Assembly (NCBI GenBank): GCA_009859145.1
Contig: VRVR01000021.1
Coordinates: forward strand, 71,507-135,506
Direction of reading: 5' to 3'
Length of the DNA: 64,000 nt
Origin: Andalucia godoyi And28
Lineage: Eukaryota; Protista; Jakobida
Shown here piece after piece: positions 1 through 11,502 of the stretch. Position 1 is the first letter of the stretch, and every line of letters starts with the position of its first letter. The notes below the pieces were generated by a model, which saw nothing but the letters and a program-made list of their open reading frames with translations, was not told the DNA's origin and ran no database searches. A program made the translations under genes and the position numbers.

Positions 1-1087
1 CAAAGACAGTGTGCATGGCCAAAATGTCGGATTGCTCACTGGGGCTCAAGTCCGACCACGCATCGCATTCCCAGTAATTGTCGCACACTGCATCCCAGTC
101 AATTTGATCACCTGCGTCTGATTCAGTCCCATGAGCATGGCCACTTGCGGCGAAGGACACATGTTTCTTTCTGCGCCTGGTCTCGCTCATAATGAGTCCC
201 TTAGGCCGAGGAACAAGCCTATGGAGATGTCTGTTGTAGCATTTGCTTTTGGTAATGTTTGGCATTTCCATCGCCAGCGGCTGTGTGCTGTTGATCAGTG
301 AGGAGTCTGTATCCATTTGATCAGTGGAATACACGGGAAACATGGAGTTGAGTGACGGGAGCTCGACATCTGATCCACTCGGGAGCAAACTGTCCGTTCG
401 AATCTGCAACGACCCGGAAACATGATTGTGGCCTGCAATTTCACACAGCGTTCTCGAAGCATTGACATTTGCGTTCTCACCAACCGCACGAGTGCTTATT
501 CCTATACAGGTTTGGGATCGAGCTCCGTAAAACGAACGCTCGCTCCTCGCGATGCCTTCAAGGAGGAACGGGCTTGCAGATGCCGCGGTTCCACCTCTCG
601 CGGTCCGCGAAAGACTGGAGGAGGCGGTTGAGTTGCTCTGGACATTGCTGCCGCTGTCTGATAACATAGTACTGGATATTCCTTTGGGAGCCGACAATGG
701 CTGGCTCCGGCGAGCCGCCTCTGTCAACGTCGCCATCGCCAAGGAGCCAAATTTGTGTCGACAAGCGCAAAGGCAGTCGGGAGAAGTGTTTGGCCTTCGG
801 AGAGGAGGTGTCGTTGTCATTGCCGGGGATCGCTTATCTCGCATGCTCACCGATCGCCGAGACACCGTGCCGCTGATGACAGGGATCGACGAAAACATAT
901 CGCTCGACGAAAACCCATTCGAATTGCTGTCGACTCGGGAAGATCTGCGATTGCTTGGATTTGAATTGGAATTAGAGTTCTCAAACCCTGTTGCTTGATC
1001 GCGAGACCACGCATGTTCTCTGGTTCCTCGCGGCTTTTGCCTCTTCTCTTTAGACTTGGAAAGTTCTCGAGAATGAAGGACCCCCAT
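1..1087 (-). CDS. Partial CDS running off the left edge; Ser-rich orphan protein starting MGVLHSRE with a KKHVSF motif
   Basis: My translation: ATG at 1087-1085 with an upstream in-frame TGA; open frame without stops to position 2. It is absent from the ORF track because its stop lies outside the window. Confidence 0.7.
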   Translation of the reverse strand, partial: MGVLHSRELSKSKEKRQKPRGTREHAWSRDQATGFENSNSNSNPSNRRSSRVDSNSNGFSSSDMFSSIPVISGTVSRRSVSMRDKRSPAMTTTPPLRRPNTSPDCLCACRHKFGSLAMATLTEAARRSQPLSAPKGISSTMLSDSGSNVQSNSTASSSLSRTARGGTAASASPFLLEGIARSERSFYGARSQTCIGISTRAVGENANVNASRTLCEIAGHNHVSGSLQIRTDSLLPSGSDVELPSLNSMFPVYSTDQMDTDSSLINSTQPLAMEMPNITKSKCYNRHLHRLVPRPKGLIMSETRRRKKHVSFAASGHAHGTESDAGDQIDWDAVCDNYWECDAWSDLSPSEQSDILAMHTVF

Positions 1088-1754
1088 TCAATTTGCATAT
1101 TGGTTGGTGGACTATTCGCTGCTTTTTTGATGTGTACCGTACTTACCTCAGGTATTTTGTATCCACAAAAGAATGCACAACTTTTTCTTCCAATAACACG
1201 GACAAATGCAAAATAATAAAATAAATAACAACCAAGTACAAATTTGCGCAAATTTGCAAAACGGGCTCACAGTTCATTAACCTCTTACGCACACCCAGAG
1301 TTTCCGAAGACACTTCTCCTGCTCATCAGAAGGGGGGGAAACAGGAGCGTAGGTTTTGTTCGGGAATTGAACAGAATCAGTGAACGTGATGTTGAAACGA
1401 ATGGCAGGGTCACAAGAAGATCAACCTCACAAGGGTTGCTACCGCGGATCTGGTCCGATGGAAGTTTGATCTGCTTCGACCCGTCACGGAAGCACTGTCT
1501 TAAAACAAAGAAGCCGGGGGGCGAGCGCTCTCAGAAATGCTACCGGTAATATGCAAGTGTGTTGAGAAAGCTTGTATTTGTTTGTTTTCCTTCTCAGTTT
1601 CAAATTATTTAATGGTTTGTTCTTTCTGTACAATGTTCAGATAAAGGTTAGTGGGGCGTGGGATTGGAAAGGGCATAAGTATGAACGGGCCCGGGGAATC
1701 CAGCCCCTGGATACCACAACTCCGCATCTTTCTTCTTTCCTTTTTTTTTTTTTT

Positions 1755-4508
1755 TCAGTCAGAAGAGACTAAGTATGGAGGATCGACATCAACATTGACA
1801 TCGAGAGAAGCCTTGAGCAAAGCCCGCTGCATTGGAGACTTCAGCGCGAGCGACGATGGAGACTGGACAAGAGCAAGCGAATGCTTTCGGATAGACGAAT
1901 TCAGGAAATTGTACGGATCCGCAGACGCCAGAGAGTCGTAGAGTGACACTCGAGGCGACGCAAACAGAACGTCTGGGCTCGTCAAGAACGTCGACATTCG
2001 CGATTTTCTCGCGGAAGGTTGAATGGGGGTTGTCGGCATTGGGGTACCGAAAAGCGATGCATGCATGCGCTTTGAATGTACAAAAGGTGACGCAAAACCA
2101 TTAATCGTGTCCACAGACCCGCGGAACAGTGCTCGCACCGACCAGTCGCTGATCTCTGTTTGGGTCGGCTGATCCACGGAAAGTGCTACACCCGGAGCCA
2201 GAACGTAATCTGTTTGCGTATATGCACTTGTCATGACGGCGGCGGCCTTCGAGTGCGTGGCCGGTGCCGCCGTCGACACGGACGCTGACACTGGCTGCAC
2301 AGCCGATTCCGTCGTCCAATGCGGCTTGTGACTCTTGAACTGCACTCCGCGATCGACTGTCTTGTGCGGCAAATATTGGGTCTCACGGTTCACCATTTTC
2401 GTACCCGGCGATTGGGAGGCCTTATGTTCGACATGAGGACTGGACCCGTATGACAACTTTTGTTTTGCGCGACCATTGGCATGTGACTCTGCCTGGTACT
2501 CGCGGCTGGCAACTCGCACTGGAGAGGACTGGACGGCCACTTCTTGAAAGAATTCGTCGCTTGCAACGCGGACAATGTGTGTATTGCAGGCCGAGTCGCG
2601 ACGATCAACAGCTCTTGGCGTGCTGCTGGCGTCCTCGTGGTCTCGGAGCTTCGACTCTAACGACCGGACTTGCAGCATCCACACCTGGATGTCGTCATCT
2701 CGCTGTGCGATAAACTCTTGTATTTTCTGCGCAAAGTGTGCTTCGGTATTCCCAAGTTTGGCACGCAACTCGTCTCGCTCGTGAGCCAAATCACGAATTT
2801 GGATGTTTTGATCAGACAACTGCGATTCCAGTGCGGTGAGACGTGCAGTCACTTCCTGCTTTTCCTTGTCAAGTTCTGCGACTTGTCGGACAAGCTCTGA
2901 TCGCTCAATAGACAGCGCTTCCCATCGTCGCTGGTTTTCCTCGTTTGTGGACGCTTCCAGAACCACCTGACTCGCTTGCACTAGCAAGATGTTTTCTTTC
3001 TGCAGCGCGGCATTCTGTTTTTGCAACGCCCCCAGTTGGTCCTGAACCTGGTCCATTGCTCGCAATGTCTCCTTCTTCTGCCGCTCTGCATTAACAATTG
3101 CTAGTCGCAAACGTTCCGTTTGATCCGTCAGCGAATGGTTCGTCTCTACTAACGACAGATTATCGCGGCGTAGACTTGCATTCAATTCTCTCAGCGGTCC
3201 GCTTTCCGACTGCAAAGCTGCAGTGGATTCTTGCAATCTCTGTGCCTCGACAAGCACTGATTGTTGAGATTGCTGGCTCTCCAAGACGCTTTGACGTAGC
3301 TGTGCGTTTTCCTGTTCCTTGTTACTCAGTTTCTCGCAAGCAAAGGTGTACTCCTGGAAGAGCGCATCCTTTTCACACTGCAAGGCGCTCCTCTGCACAG
3401 CAGCTGCATCCAATCCCCTCTGCAGGTCCGCGCCCCTCTGCAGCAACCGTTCTTGTTCCTGAAGCAGCGCAGAATGCTGTCTTTGCAGGTTGTCTATTTG
3501 CTGTTCCAAACCACTCTTGATGTTCTCCAATTCTTGCTTCTCAATTCCCAGTCGTTCCACCGATTGCAAAAGCACGGATTTCGCATGTTGCAAACTCTCA
3601 GATTCCCGACGAAACACCGCCTTTTGTTCCTCGCACTCTCCGCATAACCTTCCTCGTTCACTTTCCAGCTCGTCCAGCAAGACACGCTGACGATCTACAT
3701 CGGCTGCTGCGTCGCGAACTCTCTTCTCGAGAATCTGAATCTGCAGCGTCTGTTCGTCCGAACTCGCGCTCATCGTCCTGACCTTCGCAAGCAGCTCTTC
3801 TTTTTCCACGGATAAAGACTCCATTGATTGTGCAATGTGCAGCTTCTCTGCTTGAATAGCTTGAATCTTCTCCTGCGTCTCCAAATCGCCTTTCGCTGCA
3901 ACGCGCCGTATTTCGTCGTCCTTTCTCGCGATCGTCTCCAGCAACCCTGTCTTTTGCCGCTCCAGTGCATCGAGCGCCTGAACCAGCCCGACCTTCTCCT
4001 TGACCCACTCCAGCATCTTTTCGTGATGCAGCCTCAGACCGTGCTCTTTTCCAGCGCATTCTGTCTGCAACTCCGCAATTGTCTGCAACAAGCTCGTCTT
4101 TTCCGCTTCCAACTCCAGGAGTCTCTTTTCCCTGTCCTCCTTCTCGCGTAGACACACGCTCAACCTATCCTGCAGCTCCGCAACTGTGCTGCGGTCCAGT
4201 CCCTTCAACCTCTGCACCAGCTCTTCGTTTTCCCGTGCTTTCGAATCAACGTCAGTCGCCAACACCGAGTTTCGTGACTGCGCATCCGACAACTTGTGTG
4301 CTAATCGATCCACCAGCACCTCAAAACGGTCTCGCTCCGAACGAAGCGATTGGCACTGGTTCACAACAGACCGCAAGGAATCCTCCAGCATCTGCACCGA
4401 CTGCTGCAGCTCGAAAACACGAGTTTCGCTCTCGGACCGAGACTTTAGCGCGTCTTTCAGCAACTCGCGCAAAGAAGCAGCTTCAGACACCCGAGGAGAA
4501 CTACTCAT
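1755..4508 (-). CDS. Large coiled-coil protein (about 917 aa) with low-complexity C-terminus
   Basis: Part of the 983-aa ORF; first plausible ATG (MSSSPRV) at 4508 because upstream codons are an (AAT)n microsatellite. About 600 aa of E/Q/L/K-rich heptad sequence. Confidence 0.85.
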   Translation of the reverse strand: MSSSPRVSEAASLRELLKDALKSRSESETRVFELQQSVQMLEDSLRSVVNQCQSLRSERDRFEVLVDRLAHKLSDAQSRNSVLATDVDSKARENEELVQRLKGLDRSTVAELQDRLSVCLREKEDREKRLLELEAEKTSLLQTIAELQTECAGKEHGLRLHHEKMLEWVKEKVGLVQALDALERQKTGLLETIARKDDEIRRVAAKGDLETQEKIQAIQAEKLHIAQSMESLSVEKEELLAKVRTMSASSDEQTLQIQILEKRVRDAAADVDRQRVLLDELESERGRLCGECEEQKAVFRRESESLQHAKSVLLQSVERLGIEKQELENIKSGLEQQIDNLQRQHSALLQEQERLLQRGADLQRGLDAAAVQRSALQCEKDALFQEYTFACEKLSNKEQENAQLRQSVLESQQSQQSVLVEAQRLQESTAALQSESGPLRELNASLRRDNLSLVETNHSLTDQTERLRLAIVNAERQKKETLRAMDQVQDQLGALQKQNAALQKENILLVQASQVVLEASTNEENQRRWEALSIERSELVRQVAELDKEKQEVTARLTALESQLSDQNIQIRDLAHERDELRAKLGNTEAHFAQKIQEFIAQRDDDIQVWMLQVRSLESKLRDHEDASSTPRAVDRRDSACNTHIVRVASDEFFQEVAVQSSPVRVASREYQAESHANGRAKQKLSYGSSPHVEHKASQSPGTKMVNRETQYLPHKTVDRGVQFKSHKPHWTTESAVQPVSASVSTAAPATHSKAAAVMTSAYTQTDYVLAPGVALSVDQPTQTEISDWSVRALFRGSVDTINGFASPFVHSKRMHASLFGTPMPTTPIQPSARKSRMSTFLTSPDVLFASPRVSLYDSLASADPYNFLNSSIRKHSLALVQSPSSLALKSPMQRALLKASLDVNVDVDPPYLVSSD

Positions 4509-4589
4509 TCCAGTCACAACTGCCCCCCACAAAAAACAAAAGGCACAAGAACAAGAAAATATACAATTTACAAAACAAATATTATAATT

Positions 4590-4591
4590 AT

Positions 4592-4635
<44 letters not shown>
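4590..4635. repeat. (AAT)n microsatellite
   Basis: Seen directly in sequence. Confidence 0.95.
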
Positions 4636-4637
<2 letters not shown>

Positions 4638-5788
4638 TATAAACGAATTTGAGAAAAGAAGTGGAGGGGAAAATACTGACCTTTGTTGGGTTTCGACAAT
4701 TGGCAATTCTTAGCGTAGAGCAACTACGGAATAGCATGGGCACAATGATGCGTGCTTTTTTTGCCGCCAAATCGAGCGGATAATAGTTCACCCGCCCACC
4801 ATTTTTGTCCGTTTTGGCCTGCTTTCGCTAGCATCAAGCCGAGCATTCTAAAAAAGAAAAGGCGATCGGGGGGCATTTCCTTCTTTTACGGCTGCTGAAG
4901 GTCAGACATGGAGCACACTTGGTCGAAGGATCTTTTTTCGGCACGGTTTTGCTTGGAGAGGGGGTGCCCCGGAAGGACAAGGTCAGTACCACGGATCGCT
5001 GGATTGCTTGTTGAAAGGGGGCCGAGTGGCGGGTGGCCAGAAGCGAAACTACTGGGAACCCCGGATATTGAAGGACGAAAAAGGTGCAAGACGAGCAGGC
5101 GAGATTGTTCCCGTCGAGGCTGGACAGTGGATCAACATGGCTGGATGGACTATTGTGGCAAAGAGCCCAACAATACAAGTCGCAGAACGTCATGGGGATG
5201 GCTTCAAATGGCTGAAGGTCCGACCAGACTGCCTCGGAGCGCACAGCAGAAATGACAAGCTGGAGAATTTCCGAGGCAGAATCCCGTCGCAGCGGACGGT
5301 CTTTCTTTGCTCGGGCACACAGGAAAGCACCGGCAAGCAGTGGATTGTTTCCTGATCCTGCGGACAAGGTAGCACGCGCAGTCTGGCATGTCTCCGACGG
5401 GAGGTTTTCCTTTCCGGTGCAGCAGGCTGTGCGAGTGCGGTGCGCATTGGTGGACGGCGTTTTCACGGTGACCGACGCACGAGTTGCTCTCTACGCACGG
5501 AACCTCATTTCCATCCAGCTTCTGCATGGGCGACCGAATCCGCTACTTGGAAATCTGTAATCAGCGTTTGCTGCGCTGAATTGAATGCGAAATGACGAAA
5601 GCAGAATTGCATGTGGATGTTGGTGTGCGAATGGGCGTCCCCGGTGTGCCGTTTATTCCTTCTTTCATCGTTGTGACGCGCAACCCACCCTCCCCCATAC
5701 ACGTACATTCATTCGTACACTCATCGACACAAGCACACCCGTCGGCGCGTCCGCCTACTCGCACACAACCCCAAAATTTGTTGAAGCC

Positions 5789-6007
5789 ATGTCATCCGAA
5801 GACGATATCGCGCAGCTGAAGGCCTTCCTCTCCTTGAAGCTCCAGCCATCTGCTCGACCAGTCGCCGGCAGCTCACGCCAGAACTCAATGCCCAGACTTG
5901 GTCTCGACAAGGTTGTCGGGAGAAACCGCGCTTCTTCCATCGGCGATTCCATGGCTTCCATGCCCCCTCCGCCCACCCCGCATCTCTCTGTAGCCCATCA
6001 CCACTAA
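5789..6007 (+). CDS. Possible small orphan protein (72 aa, MSSEDDIAQLKAFLSLKLQP...)
   Basis: ATG in an AAGCCATG context, protein-like composition, followed by a T-rich 3' region; no recognisable family. Confidence 0.3.
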   Translation: MSSEDDIAQLKAFLSLKLQPSARPVAGSSRQNSMPRLGLDKVVGRNRASSIGDSMASMPPPPTPHLSVAHHH

Positions 6008-6448
6008 ACGCTGACGGCGAGCTGTTGGTAACAGATTGCTTTTTCTCCGTCTTCCTTCCCTCTCTCGCTCTCTCACTCGTGTCTTCTTTTTGCGTGCCCT
6101 TTTTGTTGTTGCTGTTTCCCTTGTATGTATGAATACCCTGCGGCTTCTATCTGTCATTTATTACTATTTTTCTTTTCTTCTGTACGTGCGTGTGTGTATG
6201 GCTTGTTTTTTTTTTTTTTTTTTTTTTTTGGTAATGTAACGAATGTGGATTCAAAGTTCAAAATGTCAATGATCTGTTTCACGAATAAAAAGATGATGTT
6301 TCAAATCGTACATCTTGTAGGGTTGGCAAAACAGTTTACTTTTCATCTGGCTCGCGCTCATTGCACACACCGATGGGGGAGCTGCAAAGAAGAGGAGGGG
6401 AAGGATGTATTAACATGCGGACGCAGTCAGAAAATTCTTGATCGCCAC

Positions 6449-9091
6449 TCAGAGGTTCTGAAAGTCATCTTGCGTCGGGGAGAGCACGGTGGTTTGTGGC
6501 GAGGTTCGTGGTCGAGGGACAGTCGCAATGCTCTTGGTGTGGGTTGGAGACTCGGCAGAATGCTCCAGTGGTGGCAGTCTCCCTGGGCTCTGAATCTTCT
6601 TCGCCAGGTCTGCTGTGGATCCAAAGATGTGGTACTCTTCTGCTAGGCGCTTCGTCAGAGAATCCGGACCTGTGTGCTTCTGCGGCAAATGGGATCTCAT
6701 CTTTCTGAAATCAACGCCAGTATGCTTCGGACGCGAACGCATATTGTCCATAAGCCGGTTGCACGACAGACAGCGTATCTGCTTGCGGCCAATCAAACCA
6801 TCGTTTGTATCGCCGGACGGCAGTCGGGGAATGAACTGCGGTCTCTGCGGAGAGACAACTCGGGAGCCCCCTTGGTTCTCCGACTTGATCTTGTTAATCT
6901 GGCTTTGAAGGGTATTAAGAAGATCCAGCAGTTCGGCCCGATCCGATTTCTCATTCAGACGGTCGCTGAGTCGCACAACGATTTCCTTCTCCAACGCAGC
7001 CACCTCATGACGCAGACGATCCGACGAGAGATCGACGTAGTCGCGATCGCATTTTCTCGCCACCGCAGTAACGTCTGCCTTTGTTCTGCCCAATCCATCA
7101 ATTCGGCTCGACAACAGATCCAAATCCATGCGCGTTACCCGCTCTTCGGGACTCATCGAATCACGCACAATCACGTTCGTGCTGTTGTTGTACACAACCT
7201 TGGGAGCAACGATACTTGCAGCCACAGGCTCCGCAGGCGTCGTTGTAGGGGATGCGGCGGGTGGCATCGCTGCGGCGTTCTTGAGCATTTGCGAATGCAA
7301 GGCAGCAATCTGCACCTGCAATGACTGCGTAATGTGGTTGAGACCTTGGATATCTCGCGCGTCGGTGCTATGTGCCATAGCATCCAACAAATCACCAACT
7401 TGCTGTCGGAGCCAGCCGATTTCCTTGTCAACTACCTCACTGGACGACTCGAGTCTATCTGCTCGATTTGAGAGTTTCTGCCATTGTCCGCCAAAAGCTT
7501 CAAGCTCTTCTTGGACTGACGAAACAGCGCGTTCGAGCTTCGCTACCATTTGGTTCTGCCGTGCCAGCTGAGTCGCAAACTGATCCGTCGGAACGAAGGC
7601 TCCAGAAGTCTGGAAGGCCCGCTCTTCGACAACCTTCACGTTCACCGTCATCGGGTTGACAAACGCAGCTGTAGCGGGGACGGGCGCTGCCTTGGAAGCG
7701 GCATCCAATCTTGGTGAAGAATGGAGAGGAGCTCCTCCCTTTGCAGACGCATCGTCAGCGGAAGCAGCGGAAATCTGGCGAACTTCAGAAATCTTCGTCC
7801 TGCTTCCATTGCGAGGAATGGCAGGCTCAACAGACCCTTCAGCGGAACCGGCTGCCGATTCGTTGGCAGAATGGGCGCGGAAGCGTTCTGTGGCAAAGAC
7901 GATCTGGGCTTTCACATCCTCCATGACATCTACAGACAAGAGCTGATTCTCTGCAACACTGCGTTTGCGTTTCTTGTCTGTTTTCTCTGACGGTGGCATA
8001 CTCTTGGCATTGTGTCGCGTTTCGAGCCGCTGAATCACGGCTGCAACACGGGTTCGATCAATGGGAATGCGCAAGTCATACACCCCGATGCGGAACGAAT
8101 CTGAAAAGTTCTTGCTGCGATCAGGATTGACATACAACAAACGATGCAAAGGGTCCGTAATGACAGCAGGAGTAGAGTAGAACACAGCGCCTGAAGTCAG
8201 CTGCTTCAAATGAGGGTCTTGCGAAATCTGTTCGCCTGGCAATGAGGCATCGAATTCTGCGAAGAGTGCTGGATCGACATCATCCTGGTTGTCCAGCGTT
8301 GACTGGATCCCTGGAAGCGAATGCAACACCACTACAAAGTGTACAAGTTCGGATTTCGGCAAATCCTCAAGCAGTGGCAAAACCCGCTCGGCTGCAGGCT
8401 TCATTGTGACGTCCACATGATCGGCAAATCGAGCCACCACAACCGGATTGTCATTCGACACCTTGTCTCTTGCAGAATCTTCCGAATTTCGGTGTTCCGT
8501 TGATGACCCTCCTGCTACAGATGCAGATGCAGCAGCAGCGGCGGCAGCTTCCGAGGCAATAGCCGACGTTTCCGCAGAGGCATCCTGCAAATCCTCTGTT
8601 ACCTGGGCAATGTCCGAGAGGTCCTCTTTGAATGCCTCCATAATCTCTTTTAAATTCGCGACATCCGATTCCAGCTCCATAATACGAGCTTCATAACTTC
8701 CCAACTGGTCTTTGCTTGCCTGCAGAGAAGCATCATCGTCGTCCTCCGTTGTCGCATTCTTCGATTCCGACGCTAGTGTTGATGCTGTTGCTGTTGTGGA
8801 GTAAACAAGCTTCTCCAAATTTTCGCGGCACATCGTCTCGCGCAAGAGCTGCAATTCGAGCTCATCCACCCGTTTCAGCAGTGCCTCGTGGTCTGAATGC
8901 GAGACCCCGGTCGCACTTTGTGGCTGCACATTCTTCAAGTCAGTAACATCGCATTCGGTAGCCGACATACGGCCTCCTAACCGGTTAACCGTGTCCACAA
9001 TGCTCGACAGCACGTGCTGCAGGGGACTGAACTGTAACGAAATGAGCGTCGACAGATCAGGAAGTCCTTCTATGAGAACCGGTCCAGACAT
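6449..9091 (-). CDS. Coiled-coil protein with C-terminal DUF4795/QRICH2/C16orf96-like region
   Basis: 880-aa ORF; C-terminal KADVTAVARKCDR...EKSDRAELL helices followed by IRCLSCNR, a pattern resembling DUF4795 proteins of flagellated eukaryotes. Confidence 0.6.
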   Translation of the reverse strand: MSGPVLIEGLPDLSTLISLQFSPLQHVLSSIVDTVNRLGGRMSATECDVTDLKNVQPQSATGVSHSDHEALLKRVDELELQLLRETMCRENLEKLVYSTTATASTLASESKNATTEDDDDASLQASKDQLGSYEARIMELESDVANLKEIMEAFKEDLSDIAQVTEDLQDASAETSAIASEAAAAAAASASVAGGSSTEHRNSEDSARDKVSNDNPVVVARFADHVDVTMKPAAERVLPLLEDLPKSELVHFVVVLHSLPGIQSTLDNQDDVDPALFAEFDASLPGEQISQDPHLKQLTSGAVFYSTPAVITDPLHRLLYVNPDRSKNFSDSFRIGVYDLRIPIDRTRVAAVIQRLETRHNAKSMPPSEKTDKKRKRSVAENQLLSVDVMEDVKAQIVFATERFRAHSANESAAGSAEGSVEPAIPRNGSRTKISEVRQISAASADDASAKGGAPLHSSPRLDAASKAAPVPATAAFVNPMTVNVKVVEERAFQTSGAFVPTDQFATQLARQNQMVAKLERAVSSVQEELEAFGGQWQKLSNRADRLESSSEVVDKEIGWLRQQVGDLLDAMAHSTDARDIQGLNHITQSLQVQIAALHSQMLKNAAAMPPAASPTTTPAEPVAASIVAPKVVYNNSTNVIVRDSMSPEERVTRMDLDLLSSRIDGLGRTKADVTAVARKCDRDYVDLSSDRLRHEVAALEKEIVVRLSDRLNEKSDRAELLDLLNTLQSQINKIKSENQGGSRVVSPQRPQFIPRLPSGDTNDGLIGRKQIRCLSCNRLMDNMRSRPKHTGVDFRKMRSHLPQKHTGPDSLTKRLAEEYHIFGSTADLAKKIQSPGRLPPLEHSAESPTHTKSIATVPRPRTSPQTTVLSPTQDDFQNL

Positions 9092-9207
9092 CTTTCTTCC
9101 GACTTGCTTCCCTACGACGTTCTAAGCGTCCACAGCCCTTTATTTTTCCTTGAAACGTGTCGGCTGCACGCTACCCTATTCTTTTAAATTCTGCTTACCC
9201 TCAAACA

Positions 9208-9215
9208 GCTACTAC

Positions 9216-9279
<64 letters not shown>
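9208..9279. repeat. (TAC)n microsatellite
   Basis: Seen directly in sequence. Confidence 0.95.
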
Positions 9280-9616
9280 ACCTGTAGCTGTAATCTAGGT
9301 AACCTGCAACTCAACGCCCGCACACAAGCACAAGCACAAGCAGACACGGACTGAATGAATGAAGGAATGAATGAAGAAACGACGAAGCAGAAACGTGCGG
9401 GTTGGGGTCTATTCACCAATACATGCGGGAAAAATCTCCCAAACGTCAATGCATCAATGCGTCAATCGTTCCGCAACGAGATTGATGCATTGAGTCTGCA
9501 AAAATGAGCAGCAGAACCAGCGACGGCGTTCGACATTTGACAATCCGAGTTTCTTACGTAAAGTCGGACTATGTGTCTTGACAGTTTCTTTGTGATTAAT
9601 TAATTCTCGTGACTTT

Positions 9617-9656
<40 letters not shown>

Positions 9657-9765
9657 TTCCCCAGATAGTTTATTCATTGCGACTCACAGATTCAGAGGGC
9701 GATAGTGGAGACTGCACGCAGAGGGAAACGAGCTGGAATTGTGTGTGTGTGTGTGTGTGTGGAGG

Positions 9766-11208
9766 ATGCAGTCGTTGGTCGATGGAGGGTCGCCGCTTGC
9801 GGGTTCGATTGGATCATCTGTAGAGCTTGCGACTGTGTGGTGCTCGCATTCTTCGAACCAGTCGAGCTCGAATGCACTGACGAGTTCGTCGAGCTCTCCG
9901 GAGCAAGAGGAGGAGCTTCGAATCGAGTCTGCAATGGAAGACGAGATCGTGTGTGATGTTGGCATGCGCATTGGTGTTGGGCTGGCAAATGATCGAGATG
10001 TTCTGGCTGGATTCAAACCTTTTCGGTACCGCGTCGCATGCATTGCGTGCCGGTCTTCGAAACGGAAGTGCGATGGTCTGCTTCCTTGCGCGCGGTGCGT
10101 CGCCAAAGGAGTTTCGCATTGCTGTGCATATGAACAGCACCACGAAAAGAAGCAGAAGGCGCAGTCGGAATTGGAGCAGACAAGGACAGGAGAGGATACT
10201 AGTGCTGTCTATGTTCAACGCAAGAAACGGACAATCCGTACGCATAGTGGAGAAGAATACCCAGAAGGTGCATTTATGGGTGCGTTGCATACAAGAAATA
10301 TCAGTCAGATGAATCCCGTTCTCCACGGTGCTCACATACTGCATTCGTTGACTGGGAACCGGAACGCCAGCGCGAATTTGAGCTCCATCGCTCCAAATAG
10401 TGATCAGTTTTCGGCAGCGTGCAGCTGTCTGTCTGTGCTGCACATGCTTGCAGGGGCAGAGCCATCGAGCCAGATGCAGTACCAACGAGACGAGCGGTCC
10501 TTCTCGTCGATGGCAATTGCAATTGGACAGCAGGCTGCTGCTCCAGACTATGGAAGCATTTTGCCGGTTCAAGACCCGCGATACTGCCCACCCGTCGCAA
10601 GTGACTTGGTTCTCTGGCAAAAGATTCAAGATACCCTGGACAACTGCTCGTCGCTGTTTCGAAAATCCCCGTATTGGGAGTTCATCAACCGATGTCGACA
10701 CCTTGTGACGGATGACCTGCTCGAGGTGCGTGAGCTGTTCCGACAGCACATTGATCCGCATCCTGCGGTTATCGAATACGTCCAGCAGCCTCCCGAGAAA
10801 ATTGCCGAGCATGATTGGTTTTTCAGAACGCAACTGCAGCGATCGATGGCAATCGTGGATCAGTTCCCTTTTCCTTGTTTGCTCTTTGGAAATAAGAGCT
10901 TGGTTGTTCACGCCAATTCCCATTTCCTCTCGGTCTCAAAGTGGACGATGGAGGAAATGCTGTCGGAAGGATTCCTGGCGAGCTGGACCCTGGAAGACGA
11001 CTGTCTTCCCTTCGTGTTGAAGCAAACCTCGAGAGCCTTTATTTCCGTTGCTGGTTACGAATTCGCCTTTGCCATCCCGCATGTGCGCATCCGTAGAAAG
11101 GACGGTAAACGCGTCGAGTACTGTGCGTCGCTTGCGAAGGTGTTCGACACGAACCACCTCAGCATTCTCAATATCGGCATGTTCCTACCAATGCAATCGC
11201 AGGCGTAA
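9766..11208 (+). CDS. Zn(II)2Cys6 binuclear-cluster transcription factor with C-terminal PAS-like domain (paralog 1)
   Basis: CIACRSSKRKCDGLLPCARCVAKGVSHCC fits C-x2-C-x6-C-x5-C-x2-C-x7/8-C; C-terminal FPFPCLLFGNKSLVVHANSHFLSVSKWTMEEM is PAS-like; ATG 9766 follows a (TG)n repeat. Confidence 0.85.
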   Translation: MQSLVDGGSPLAGSIGSSVELATVWCSHSSNQSSSNALTSSSSSPEQEEELRIESAMEDEIVCDVGMRIGVGLANDRDVLAGFKPFRYRVACIACRSSKRKCDGLLPCARCVAKGVSHCCAYEQHHEKKQKAQSELEQTRTGEDTSAVYVQRKKRTIRTHSGEEYPEGAFMGALHTRNISQMNPVLHGAHILHSLTGNRNASANLSSIAPNSDQFSAACSCLSVLHMLAGAEPSSQMQYQRDERSFSSMAIAIGQQAAAPDYGSILPVQDPRYCPPVASDLVLWQKIQDTLDNCSSLFRKSPYWEFINRCRHLVTDDLLEVRELFRQHIDPHPAVIEYVQQPPEKIAEHDWFFRTQLQRSMAIVDQFPFPCLLFGNKSLVVHANSHFLSVSKWTMEEMLSEGFLASWTLEDDCLPFVLKQTSRAFISVAGYEFAFAIPHVRIRRKDGKRVEYCASLAKVFDTNHLSILNIGMFLPMQSQA

Positions 11209-11502
11209 CAGACTGTGCGGCTCCATTGCACGGTACCCGCGTTTCTTCTGGAATCTCGGAATTTGAATTGCACAGAGGCAGCCAATGAGCTATCATCCTT
11301 TGCTTCCCTCCTCCATTCTCTGTCCTTCCTGGAGACCCGCGACTCGGTGTCATTCGACTCGTTTTGACAAGCTCGAAATGCACAACCGACATCGCAGCAA
11401 ACGACTTTCACATTTGGACCTTTGAATGCTCCGATGACGATCTACCTGGACATTTTGTCGACTTTTTCTGCTGCGATGCTTCTGCTTTTTTGTTGATGGT
11501 GA

